Origin: the human T2T-CHM13v2.0 reference genome, Homo sapiens
Strand: one strand, 5' to 3'
Length of the DNA: 64,000 nucleotides
Assembly (NCBI RefSeq): GCF_009914755.1
Contig: NC_060929.1
The position numbers and the translations under genes were made by a program. Below, piece by piece: positions 53,790 through 64,000 of the stretch. Within the stretch, counting starts at the first letter, position 1. Every line of letters starts with the position of its first letter. Below the pieces are notes generated by a model. That model was not told where the DNA came from, did not search any database, and worked only from the letters and a program-made list of their open reading frames with translations.

Positions 53790-55920
53790 TGAAAATCATC
53801 CACTGAAATTTGCTTTCTCCCCAAACTTCACTAAAACCAGAGTAAAAGGAGTCTTTTTTAAAGACTTAAACACATAAGGACAGAGTTAAGAGGACAGCAA
53901 TAAAACAGTAGATGGTTCAAAGGAGATGGATGTGTAGTAACTGACTTGGTGATGGAAGAAAGCTAAGTCCCAAGCCAACTGAGGAGAAAATTTTGAAACA
54001 GCCTTATTTAGACCACAGAAGCCCTACAAGTTTAGGATCTTGTATCATTCAATAGCTCTGGAACCAGGGAAGAAATAAGGAAATGGGACTATAATCAAAA
54101 GTACTGTAGAAAAACTGCGAAGCAGTAAGATTGGTAATTAGATCTTCTAATCCATGTTTCTGGGCAACTTCCCTCACCCCAACTCAGCTTCAATTTCTGG
54201 ATATAATATCTGAGGCTCTCTGGCTGGAGGGATGCTATGCACAGTTAAGAATATAAGTGCCTATTAATAATTTCAAACTGTGTCCGTATCCATTCCCAAT
54301 TGTAAAAGCAAAAATAGCTTCACTTCCAGAATCCCAACAACTGATGGAAGGCTTTTTTCTATATAATCTGACCACCACAAGAGGAAAAACCAGAGATACT
54401 GTCATTAGAGATTGCCCCCACAAACAGCCCACTCAAGTCTCCCTACAATAAAGCATAACGTTCACCAGGCCTACACATGGTAGGAGAAAGGGGGGGATGG
54501 TCATCTTAATCATTAGCACGTACTCAAGGATGATCAGACATCTGAGGAAAAGCTCTAATCTGGAAGGTCGAAACCAAACAAACTTACATTTAAAAATGAC
54601 TTGAAGAAAACAGGAGGAAACTTGACAGGAGAAGAAAATCTTAAATTATTATTTTCATTTACATTCTCAAAGAAATGAAAGAAGACACTGCAGTAAAAAT
54701 TGGACACTATAAAAAGAAGATCCAAGCATTCTCATTGATCAATTCCCACCTATGAGTGAGAACATGTGGTGTTTGGTTTTCTGTCCTTGAGATAGTTTGC
54801 TCAGAATGACGGTTTCCAGCTTCATCTATGTCCTACAAAGGACATGAACTCATCCTTTTTTATGGCTACATAGTAACACTTGGACACAGGGTGGGGAACA
54901 TCACACACCAAGACCTGTCATGGGGTTGGGGAAGCAGGGAGGGATAACATTAGGAGAAATATCTAATGTAAATGAAGAGTTAATGGGTGCAGCACACCAG
55001 CAGGGCACATGTATACATATGTAACAAACCTGCAGGTTGTGCCCATGTAGCCTAGAACTTAAAGTATAATAAAGATAGATAGATAGATAGATAGAAAATC
55101 CAGTAGAAAAAAAGTACTCATGAAAATTTTAAAAAGCACAATGGCTGAAATGAAAACTCAATGTAAGTATTAATAGGTCAAGAAGAGGAAACTTTTCTAG
55201 AAAGTAGAACAAAGACCAAGAAATGAAAAATAGCTTCAAAAGATAAGAGAATTAGGAGGAACAGTTCCTGAGATGCTGCATCCAAATAAGTTTTCTAAAA
55301 AGAGAAAACAAAGAAAGAGGAAGAATGGAAAAGACCAACATCATTCAACCTAAAATGCCAGATTGAAACAGCACACTGAGTGCCCAGCACGGCAGGTCAA
55401 AATATGCTTATTCTAAAACATAACTTGTTTTTTTGTTTTGTTTTGTTTTTTCAGAAAAATGATGACAAAGAAAATTCTACTTCTTAGCAGAACCGTGAGA
55501 AAGAATGGGGAAGAGTCCATCAAATGGACTGTACAAGGAATCAGAATGGCTTTGCAGTTCTCAATCGCAACCCTGAAGTCAAGATGACTGAAGAAATACC
55601 TCAAAATTCAAAAGAATAATAATTTCTAAAATAGAATATTATACTGAACCAAATTATCTGTCAAGTAAAGACATTTCAGAAATACATTCTAAAAGTATAT
55701 ATTCCACCCACTCACTCACGAAAAGCTACTAACGGGTATATACTAATAAAATAAGAAAGGGTAAGTAAGCAAACAAAAAGACTTAAGTATTAGAAAACAG
55801 GAGCCCAGGAAAGAGGCAAAAGGCCAGAAAAATCCTCAGATAGAGAAGAGAAAAATCCCAGGGTGTCAGTCATGCACAGACCTACACCACAAGCAGCACA
55901 GGCTGGAAAAGTATCACTTA
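53790..55920 (+). mobile_element. Ancient L1M/HAL1-like ORF1 region, host of the L1PA inversion
   Basis: A-rich decayed ORF1-like motifs: GGAATCAGAATGGCTTTGCAGTTCTC (IR...DFS) and AATTTCTAAAATAGAATATTATAC..ACCAAATTATCT (F.PRILYPAKLS). Confidence 0.55.
54727..55073 (+). mobile_element. Short L1PA4/5-like element with a 5' inversion (54727-54874 antisense, 54875-55073 sense)
   Basis: Segments meet in the consensus at CAATGAG|AACACTTGGACACAGG; tail converted to (GATA)5; TSD AGAA(G/A)ATCCA. Confidence 0.92.
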
Positions 55921-56613
55921 AGAAACAGATGTCAAATAGTCCTAATTAAATATTTCTATTTTCCCTAAGGACAGGTGCTAGGATCAGGCTAGCAGAGATT
56001 CTTACACATTTGCCCTTTTAGCCTTGATTATATGCTGATGCTCTCCTACTCTCCTTTAAATGCCCTGTGTTCTGAAGCAGCCAACTTCACTCATTGCACA
56101 AAACATTTTGTCTTTGGATAAGCTTGAGACCTGCAAAGCAAGCCGGCGACCTTAAAAGGAAACAGAATGTAGCCCTCTCTCTCACTACATTGCTATTGGG
56201 TATTCAATATCAGTCCTGCTGGATACCCTGATTGCTGAGAGGGCCTCAGTCAGAACTTTGTAGGCTGACTTCTCCAAGAAGGCACTCTTGGAAACGGTAA
56301 CGGTGCCTGAAGCCAATGAATCAGAGACTGCTCACTTTATCTTCTCCCGGGAGTCTTCATCTAAAGGTAATAGATTTGTGCTCACTGCTCAGTTTTTCCA
56401 CACCAAGCAATATACTGTTTAGAGAAAACACATAGAAAGTAAATCATTTTTTAAAGCCAAGAAATGAGTCAGGCAAAAGACAGTGGCTACCTGGAAAAGA
56501 GAGGACAGGATGAGAGCATCCTGAGAGATGCATTTGGAGAAGGACCTAACCCTCGGTAGGCACACAAGCCTTTTGATAATTTAAATATATGTATGGTGTG
56601 TGCATATGTATGT

Positions 56614-56971
56614 TGATATGGTTTTGCTCTGTATCCCCACTCAAATCTCATGCCGAATTGTAGTCCCCACGTGAAGGTGGGCCCTGGTGGGAGATGATTG
56701 GATCAAGAGGGTGGTTTCACCCTTGCTATTCTCATAATGAGTGGGTTCTCATTGAGATTTGATGGTCTAAAAGTGTTTAGCTTTCTTAGCTTTCTCTCTC
56801 CTGCCACCACGTGAATAAGGCTTACATTTTGCCTTTCATCATGATTGTAAGTTTCCTGAGGCTTCTCAGTCATGCATTCTGTTAAGCATGTAGAACTGAG
56901 TCAAAACTTTTCTTCATAAATTACCCAGTCTCAGGTAGTTCTTTATAGCAGTGTAAGTATGGACTAATGCA
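56614..56971 (+). mobile_element. MaLR solo LTR (MSTA/THE1D-like)
   Basis: TGATATGGTTT.GCTCTGT.TCCCCAC.CAAATCTCAT...AAATTACCCAGTCTCAGGTAGTTCTTTATAGCAGTGT...GGACTAATGCA. Confidence 0.9.
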
Positions 56972-57849
56972 TATGAGTGTATGTAGGTATATATGTGTAT
57001 TATACTTTTCTATAAGTTAAATTTTACAACATTAAAACAAGTGGAAATCATTTATAATCCAATCACACATATAATCCTTTTTATCACAATAGTGTTTCTA
57101 TGCATGTTTGTGACATTTTTAATCCATTTTTTAAATTTAACAGCATATTGTGGACATTTTTGCAAAACATATCCATCTTTTTTAATGCATTATGTGAATG
57201 TTTCAAAACTTATTCAACTATTCTCAGTGAGCAACTTTCCATCTTGAAATTTCCCTTTCTAAAATGGCAACAATGATATCTGTTCCTTTTCCCTGTGCTC
57301 AAGAATGAAGTAACAACCCAAAAGACAAGACTGCAGAGCACTGAGAACTTGCTGGAATGCTAGCACTCCACAGATGGCTCTGTTCCATTCATTGAGAAGA
57401 TAGTTTCTTTAAATTGTTATATCTATACATTTCTGTATCCCACTGTTTTCAAAGAGTCAAGAATGTATAATCCCAATAATAAACTTGAAAATAAATCTTC
57501 TTGGAAGAAAAAAACCTGTTATTTTTGTTTTAATTTTTAATTAGTATTCTTGGTATTCACATAAGAAATGCATAAATTTAAAAAGCTTAAGATCTTCTTG
57601 TCACCATCACCACCCCAACTCCTTTATATTCCCACTACCACCCCACTAGCAAGGCAATTAGTGATCAAAGTGTGATATATATCCTTTCACATATTTCTCT
57701 ATAAAATCTTCTCTTTTTAAAGAAAAGAAACTACTTGCAATACAGATTATTCCACACAACCTCTCTGGAGGCTTCTTAGCATCAGAGATAATAAGAAACC
57801 TGATTCCAGCTAACACTGCTGCAGAAACAAAGGGACTGTATAATAATCT

Positions 57850-58297
57850 TGTTCTTAGAAGTGCCCATGATTCTTTTCACTTTCCTTTGTATATCAATCT
57901 ACCCAAATCACTATGCAACTGTGCAGTTTTCTGTTAATGGATCCACAGGGCCCAACTCCTTTGACAGAGACCATTCAAATTCGTTCAGGAAATCTTTTGC
58001 AAGCAACCCTCATGAACCAACTCATATTTCAGAATCCTTGGAACTAAGTTTCTTCCAAGGCTATACATAAGTGGCAACTACCATCCACTCCCATGACTCC
58101 GCTGGCTTCAAATCAAACAGTCTCTTTAGAAACCCAGATACCTTTAACCAACCATCGGGGCCTATTACAAAGCACAGCATTCACAGAAAGACATCAATCT
58201 GCACTTTTTGTAAAAGAAGCACAATGTCCTTCTTGAGGGCTTGTTGAACAGCAACTGAGAAAACACTTGAAGCCCAGAATCTTGTCCATAACCTCAG
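57850..58297 (-). mobile_element. Possible very ancient non-LTR retrotransposon relic (L1/Tx1-clade ORF2 C-terminal region)
   Basis: Frameshifted minus-strand peptides TRFWASS, NKPSRRTLCFFYKK, PWKKLSSK, LVHEGCL and KDFLNE occur in the order I recall for Tx1-type ORF2 C-termini. Weak and by eye only. Confidence 0.3.
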
Positions 58298-58842
58298 TTC
58301 AAACCTCTTCCCACCCCGTGCCCCTTCTTGTTCCCAACACTCTCCTCCTGCCCCCATCCTTCCTGTAGTTTAATAGAAGAGGTTAATAGCTTACAAAAAG
58401 TAGAAAATCAAAAACAGACCCAAAAATCTTTCCCAGTGACAAAAGAATTAAGCTGGGTCTGAAATTTTCAAAAATCAATCAGGATCGTAAATGCAGTGGT
58501 GAGAATGAATTCATACATGTTTCTTCTCTTTATATATCAAGTGGAAAGAAAATATCACAAACCGATATAAGAAAGGGCCAGGATTTTAAGGTTACTTCCT
58601 GAATTCTAATTCATCCAATATTTAGGAACTTTGCATTGTGAGCAAAATGAGTCATAAAGCAAAGCATGCTTTCTCTAGACTTTGGTAAATGAAAACCTAC
58701 ATTTTTTACCCACAAAATTCTTTAACTATATTTTCTAGAACTAAATGTAACTATTTTAAAGAAATTCAAACATTCAAAAATAAAAATTGGAAATACAAGG
58801 CACATGTCATTCTTTCTTCATTTGTCACTGTCTTCATACCAT

Positions 58843-58889
58843 GCCTCCCAAGTAGCTGGGACTATAGGCTCACACCACCACACCCAGCT
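58843..58889 (-). mobile_element. Small internal Alu fragment
   Basis: GCCTCCCCAAGTAGCTGGGACTATAGGC.CACACCACCACACCCAGCT. Confidence 0.8.
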
Positions 58890-58927
58890 CATACCATTTT
58901 ATTTTCTATTATTACGCAATCAGATTG

Positions 58928-59195
<268 letters not shown>

Positions 59196-59624
59196 TTTTA
59201 TCATCATTTATATGAATAGATAATTATTTCTATTGCTGCCTCAGATTTATTGAATGTCACCACTGTAATAGCCTGTGGTACCATGTGAAATATGAAGCTA
59301 TTAAAAAATAAGTGAAAATGAAGTTTAACTTTTTCTGTAGAAGTTCTTTTTCAGGGTATATTTTTATTTATCAATAGGAAAATAGGACATAGCTTTTGCC
59401 GTTATACTATCAAAGTGAATGTAGTACCTTGTTTATTGGTAATTGGTTATCCTTAATTTTGTTTTCAAATTGAAAATTTTAAGTTCCTATCTTGTTTATT
59501 CAACAAATATTTCCAAAATAGCTCGTCTGTAAAAATATAAATCCCTTCTCAGAACCATTATTATCAGATCATTTTAATTACATTCCAGTCCTTTGAAGAG
59601 AGATGAAGCTTCTACCTCAACATG

Positions 59625-59745
59625 TACAAGTTCTCTGAGAGCAGAGATCATGTTTTAGTCACTGTCAGTACCTAGCACAGTTCTTGGCACATAGTAAGCA
59701 GTCAATAATTGTGTGATCAATGAATAAAATTAAATGAATGAATGG
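59625..59745 (+). mobile_element. L2 3' end
   Basis: CCTAGCACAGTTCTTGGCACATAGTAAGCA.TCAATAA...AATGAATGAATG. Confidence 0.8.
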
Positions 59746-60199
59746 ACATTAAAGATATCATGATAATTAATGTAACTTTTATATATTCAAGACAGAACTG
59801 AATAGGTTTCTGATAGGATGTGGATATTCAAATCAATGTAACAATTCAGAGATTCCCTAAGGCATTTATTAATCCATTTATTCATTCATGCCTTTGTTAT
59901 AAAGAGACTAATTGTTTTCTCCAGTAAAACACACTATAGTTATCATTGCCATCTATATAGTATAGAATAACTTATATCCATAGGAAAATAATCTTTTTCC
60001 TTTTGTAGTGACTCAGAGTAAATCCAGAAATGATTGATAACCCACCTTGATACCAAAGAAGAGTAGTAAGGTGAAAAATAGCCCCTATCTATTAGAATGT
60101 CTCTGAGACTAGGAGGAAAAGACTTCCCAATGTATCTTCTGAAAGAAGCCAATTTGTTGGAATCTCAACACCATTTTGGTTGATAACCATGATACACAT

Positions 60200-60770
60200 T
60201 TAGTCAGCCTCAGTCATTCAGTCTAGTGTTGAGACAGACAAGTAAATGAGTGATATGGTAGCATCATGCACAGAGTATTTGGAAGGGTATACGGACTCCT
60301 AGCCCAGGTATTTTGTAGGTTTAGAATTGGAGAAGTCTTCCCAGAAATGTTAATACTTACAGCTTGGCCCAGAAGCACAAGAGCATAGCAAACATCAGTG
60401 ACAGAGTCTGAGATGGAAGAAGAGACACATTAAAAGCTCAGAGGCAAGGGAAAGCCTGGAGCATACAAGCAAATTGAGTTATTCAGTAGACTGGACAGAG
60501 AGGGTGAGCCAGTCAGGGTAAAACTGATAATAAATGCTATTAACCAGGACTAGACACAGGGGTCCTCAAACATCACACCAAGAAGCATAGACGATCTTAC
60601 AGGTGAAAGTGAATAAATGAGAGATTCAAAATAAGGGCACATTATAATCGGTTTGCATTCAAGGACAAAATTTATGTGAAGAATGTATTGGAGGGGGCAG
60701 ACTGTGGGCAGATAAACTAGTTTAGGAGGTTATTGTAGTTACATAAGCAATAAATTCCGAGGACCTTAAC
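60200..60770 (-). mobile_element. L2 fragment
   Basis: Purine-rich antisense L2 body (ACTAGTTTAGGAGGTTATTGTAGT..). Confidence 0.55.
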
Positions 60771-62249
60771 AAATGCCTACTACTAATGTATCATTAATCC
60801 TAGAAAACTTATTTTATTTGGAGCATCTTCTTCAATTTCTTCTCTCCTTTGCTTAAGAGTTTACTCAGATATTTGACCAAGTTACTTACTACCCCACAGG
60901 AATGACACTTTCTGAGATGTCCATGTACCTAAAATTACTAGCCAGCCAGTAACTGATATACATATATATACACAGAATCAATTTAAGTCTAAGTAAGTCT
61001 CACTTTCAAAAAACAGCATGATTACTATGCTCATGTTTATTTTTACAGTAGTCTCATTATCATCCATCCCAAACTTTATTTCATAGCATACACAATACAT
61101 GATCAGGAAGCACTGCACACTATCTGATATGAAAATATAAAATGATAATTTCACCTAGCTCTTTCTACCATTAGTAGATGCTACTCATTTTGTAAATGTC
61201 TAAAATGACCATTTGAAATAAAATAATTTGTGGTCAGAAAAATGAGTAAAATAATGTGAAATACATAGTCAGAAAAATAAGAATGAATGTATTCTTTTTA
61301 ATAGCTATTTAATCATGTTTTTGATTCATGAACAAATGCAGACACTAAATTATATCATATGTAATAAAGTGATCTGCATACCATTGCTAAAGATATTGCT
61401 TGCAAATACAGGGAGATGTTTTACCTGGCAAATAAAACAACCAATAAAAAACCAAATGGTGAACATTACAAGACACTTATTTTATTTCATATATAAATTC
61501 CTCAGTATATATAAAATTCTGTATTTTAAAAAATCAGTAAGAATTACAGCCACATAGACCCAACTATAACTAGTTCTTTGTAACTACAGTGATGATTACT
61601 ATGCAATCCTGAGGAAAGCTAAGGCAAAAACTAAGATTGAAAACTACTTTCTGAAATGTTTGAGTTATGTCTTTTATTCAAGCAGTTACTTTATTCCTTT
61701 TACTATTTTTTAAAAACACTTTTACTTTAAAAACCAAAAAGAATGCTTTTCTCATTATATCCAGAGAGAGAAAGAGGAACCAAATATTTTACCATTTGGT
61801 ATAATCTCAATGAAAAATAGAGGTTTATTCTCAAATAGCATGTAGGTTAATTGCATTTTGAGTCAAGAAATAAAAAACGTAGCTTTTCAATAGAATTATT
61901 CAACAAGCTAATAGAGGTCAGACTGAACAATGGTCACTATTCCTGGAAGCAGAAATAATAACTGCTGTTACGAAATACAAGGCCCTGGCTGTTGTTTTTC
62001 TTCTCTCAAGAAAATTTATAATGATTTTTGTTATTAATCTGTTTATAAAATTTCTAATAGAGAGAAGAGTGTAATAGTGAATGAGAATAAGCTAGAAAGT
62101 CACTGACTTTCCAGTTCTGCCACCCAGGTTAAAACTCATTAACATTTTGGATTTCCTAAGTATTGAATAATAGTCAGAGTGAGGGAATCACTTCTCAGGA
62201 TAATCAATGCTGGAAGAGAAAAATAACTTAGAACCTCCCTAAGTTCTAC

Positions 62250-62444
62250 AAGAGGGAGAGAGGGAGGGAGAGAGGGAGAGAGGGAGAGAGGGAGAGAGGG
62301 AGGGAGGGAGGGAGGGAGGGAGGGAGAGAGGGAGAGAGGGAGGGAGGGAGGGAGGGAGGGAAGGAGGGAGGGAGGGAAGGAGGAAAGGAGGGAGGGAGGG
62401 AGGGAGGGAGGCAGGGAGGCAGGGAGGGAGAGAGGGAGAGAGAA
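62250..62444. repeat. (GGGA)n/(GAGA)n polypurine tract
   Basis: About 195 bp with only two pyrimidines (C at 62412 and 62420). Confidence 0.97.
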
Positions 62445-62586
62445 TAGAGGAGTTTAAAAAGATTAGACATTCTTTTTTTAAAAAAAAAGTAAGGGAAGGG
62501 AGAGAATAAAAGGGAGAGACAGAAAGTTAGAATGCAGTGTGAGATTCAAAAAGAAAGAAAAAAATGAAAGGCAGAAAGTCTACTTT

Positions 62587-63173
62587 AAACTTTTAAGTTC
62601 AGGGATACGATTTCAGGTTTGTTATATAGGTAAACTTGTGTCATGAGGGTTTGTTGTACCGATTATTTCATCACTCATATATTAAGCCTAGTACCCATTA
62701 GTTAATTTCCTGATCCTCTCACCCCCCCACCCTCCAAAAAGGTCCCAGTGTATGTTGTTTCCCTCTATGTGTCTATGTGTTCTCATCATTTAGCTCCCAC
62801 TTATAAATGAGAACACATAGTATTTGGTTGTCTGTTCTTGTGTTAGTTTGGTGAGGATAATGGGCTCCACCCTTATCCATGTCCATGCAAAGGATATGAT
62901 CTCGTTCTTTATGGCTGCACAGTATTCCATGGTGTAAATGTACCACATTTTCTTTATCCAGTCTAAAATTGATTGCCATTTAGGTTGATTCCATGCCTTT
63001 GCTATTGTGAAGTGCTGCAATGAACATGTGCGTGCGTGTCTCTCTAATAAAATGATTTATATTCCTTTGGGAATATACCCAGTAATGGGATTGCTGTGTT
63101 GAATGGTATTTCTGTCTTCCGCAGTGGCTGAACTAATTTATACTGCCACCAACAGTGTATAAGCGTTCCTTAC
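62587..63173 (-). mobile_element. 5'-truncated LINE-1 (L1PA13-like)
   Basis: GTAAACTTGTGTCATG.GGGTTTGTTGTAC.GATTATTTCATCAC 3'UTR; ORF 62790..63020 (WIKKMWYIYTMEY); TSD AAAGTC(T/C)ACTTT at 62575-62586 and 63174-63185. Confidence 0.9.
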
Positions 63174-64000
63174 AAAGTCCACTTTTAAGTATATTTTCTT
63201 CCCTACAACACTCAACATGTTCTAAGTAGAAATGTTTATAATTGTTTGCCTTTTCTTAGAAATAACAGCACTAAATAAAACAAGAGCTATTTTTGCCATA
63301 CCTGCATTCCCACAAGTATTTTTTAAAATAGCAGCAAATGTAAAAAGTTTTGAAACAAATGATTAACTATTTTAAATGAGAAAATACAGTAAAAATATGC
63401 TTCTCCACAAAAATTACGCATAGCATATATGTAAAAAATGTCACACTGAAGCACTGTTACAATTCATCCTCCATATGTCCAATATTTTGAATAACATAAT
63501 ATCTTACAAACACAAATAAGGAAACATTGTTAATTATATCAAGCATAGACTGTTTTATGAATCAATTATTTGAGAAGCACTTTACCAATCAACATAAATA
63601 ATAATTCAATAGTTATATTGAAGTGTTCTGAACTAGAATACATACATTCCAACAAGTTGGCAATAGACTGCTTTTGCAATCTGCTTTTCATCTCCCTAAA
63701 AAATAAATTGCTCCGCATAAACAATATTTCAGAAACTGACAGAGTTGGCAGCTCTGCTGAAGACAGCAGGGATATTAGCAACCATGACTGATAGCAAAAT
63801 TGGGGGTTGCAGAAGGAGGAAAGAGTACACGTTCAAATTTAAGGAATAGCGCTTCTACTTCAGATTCTTTTCAAAAAATGTGGGATGACATATTGAGGTC
63901 ACCACTGATTAAAGAGATAAATCTGTAAGGGAGATTTTCACCTCCTGTGAAATCTTCAGAGAAACCACTTGGAGACACACTGGCCTACACCTTCCTGCTG

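Noticed and set aside
62246-62470. Pro/Ser/Leu-rich ORF (SLPP repeats)
   Set aside because: It is the translation of the (TCCC)n strand of a simple repeat.

Overview
This is AT-rich, CpG-depleted primate genomic DNA, almost certainly human or great ape (AluY and L1PA2/3-type sequence are present). It looks intergenic or deep-intronic. I found no CpG island, no recognisable protein-coding exon and no RNA gene; the recognisable ORF-track entries are LINE-1 remnants or Alu/LTR/simple-repeat read-through, and the remainder have no recognisable family. Much of the window is layered transposon debris: a full-length but dead L1PA10-type element (15924-23261) nested in an older L1MA and itself carrying two later insertions, a second L1PA10-13-type element with a ~3 kb internal deletion, two twin-primed inverted L1s, about 18 Alu/FLAM copies or fragments, MaLR LTRs (MST, THE1, MLT1), DNA transposons (MER8, Tigger2a, MER53, MER5A), L2 and MIR. 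I see no evidence of a new biological system. The most interesting points are mechanistic or regulatory: two apparent break-patching insertions (a tail-less Alu replacing L1 sequence, and a THE1-internal fragment inside a FLAM), a 0.9 kb palindromic AT-rich minisatellite grown from an AluY tail, a 59-bp tandem expansion in one L1 5'UTR, a back-to-back MER8/Tigger2a pair, clustered PBX-HOX/MEIS motifs, and a possible very ancient Tx1-type LINE relic. Subfamily calls come from remembered consensus diagnostics, not a database search, and boundaries of old elements are approximate.
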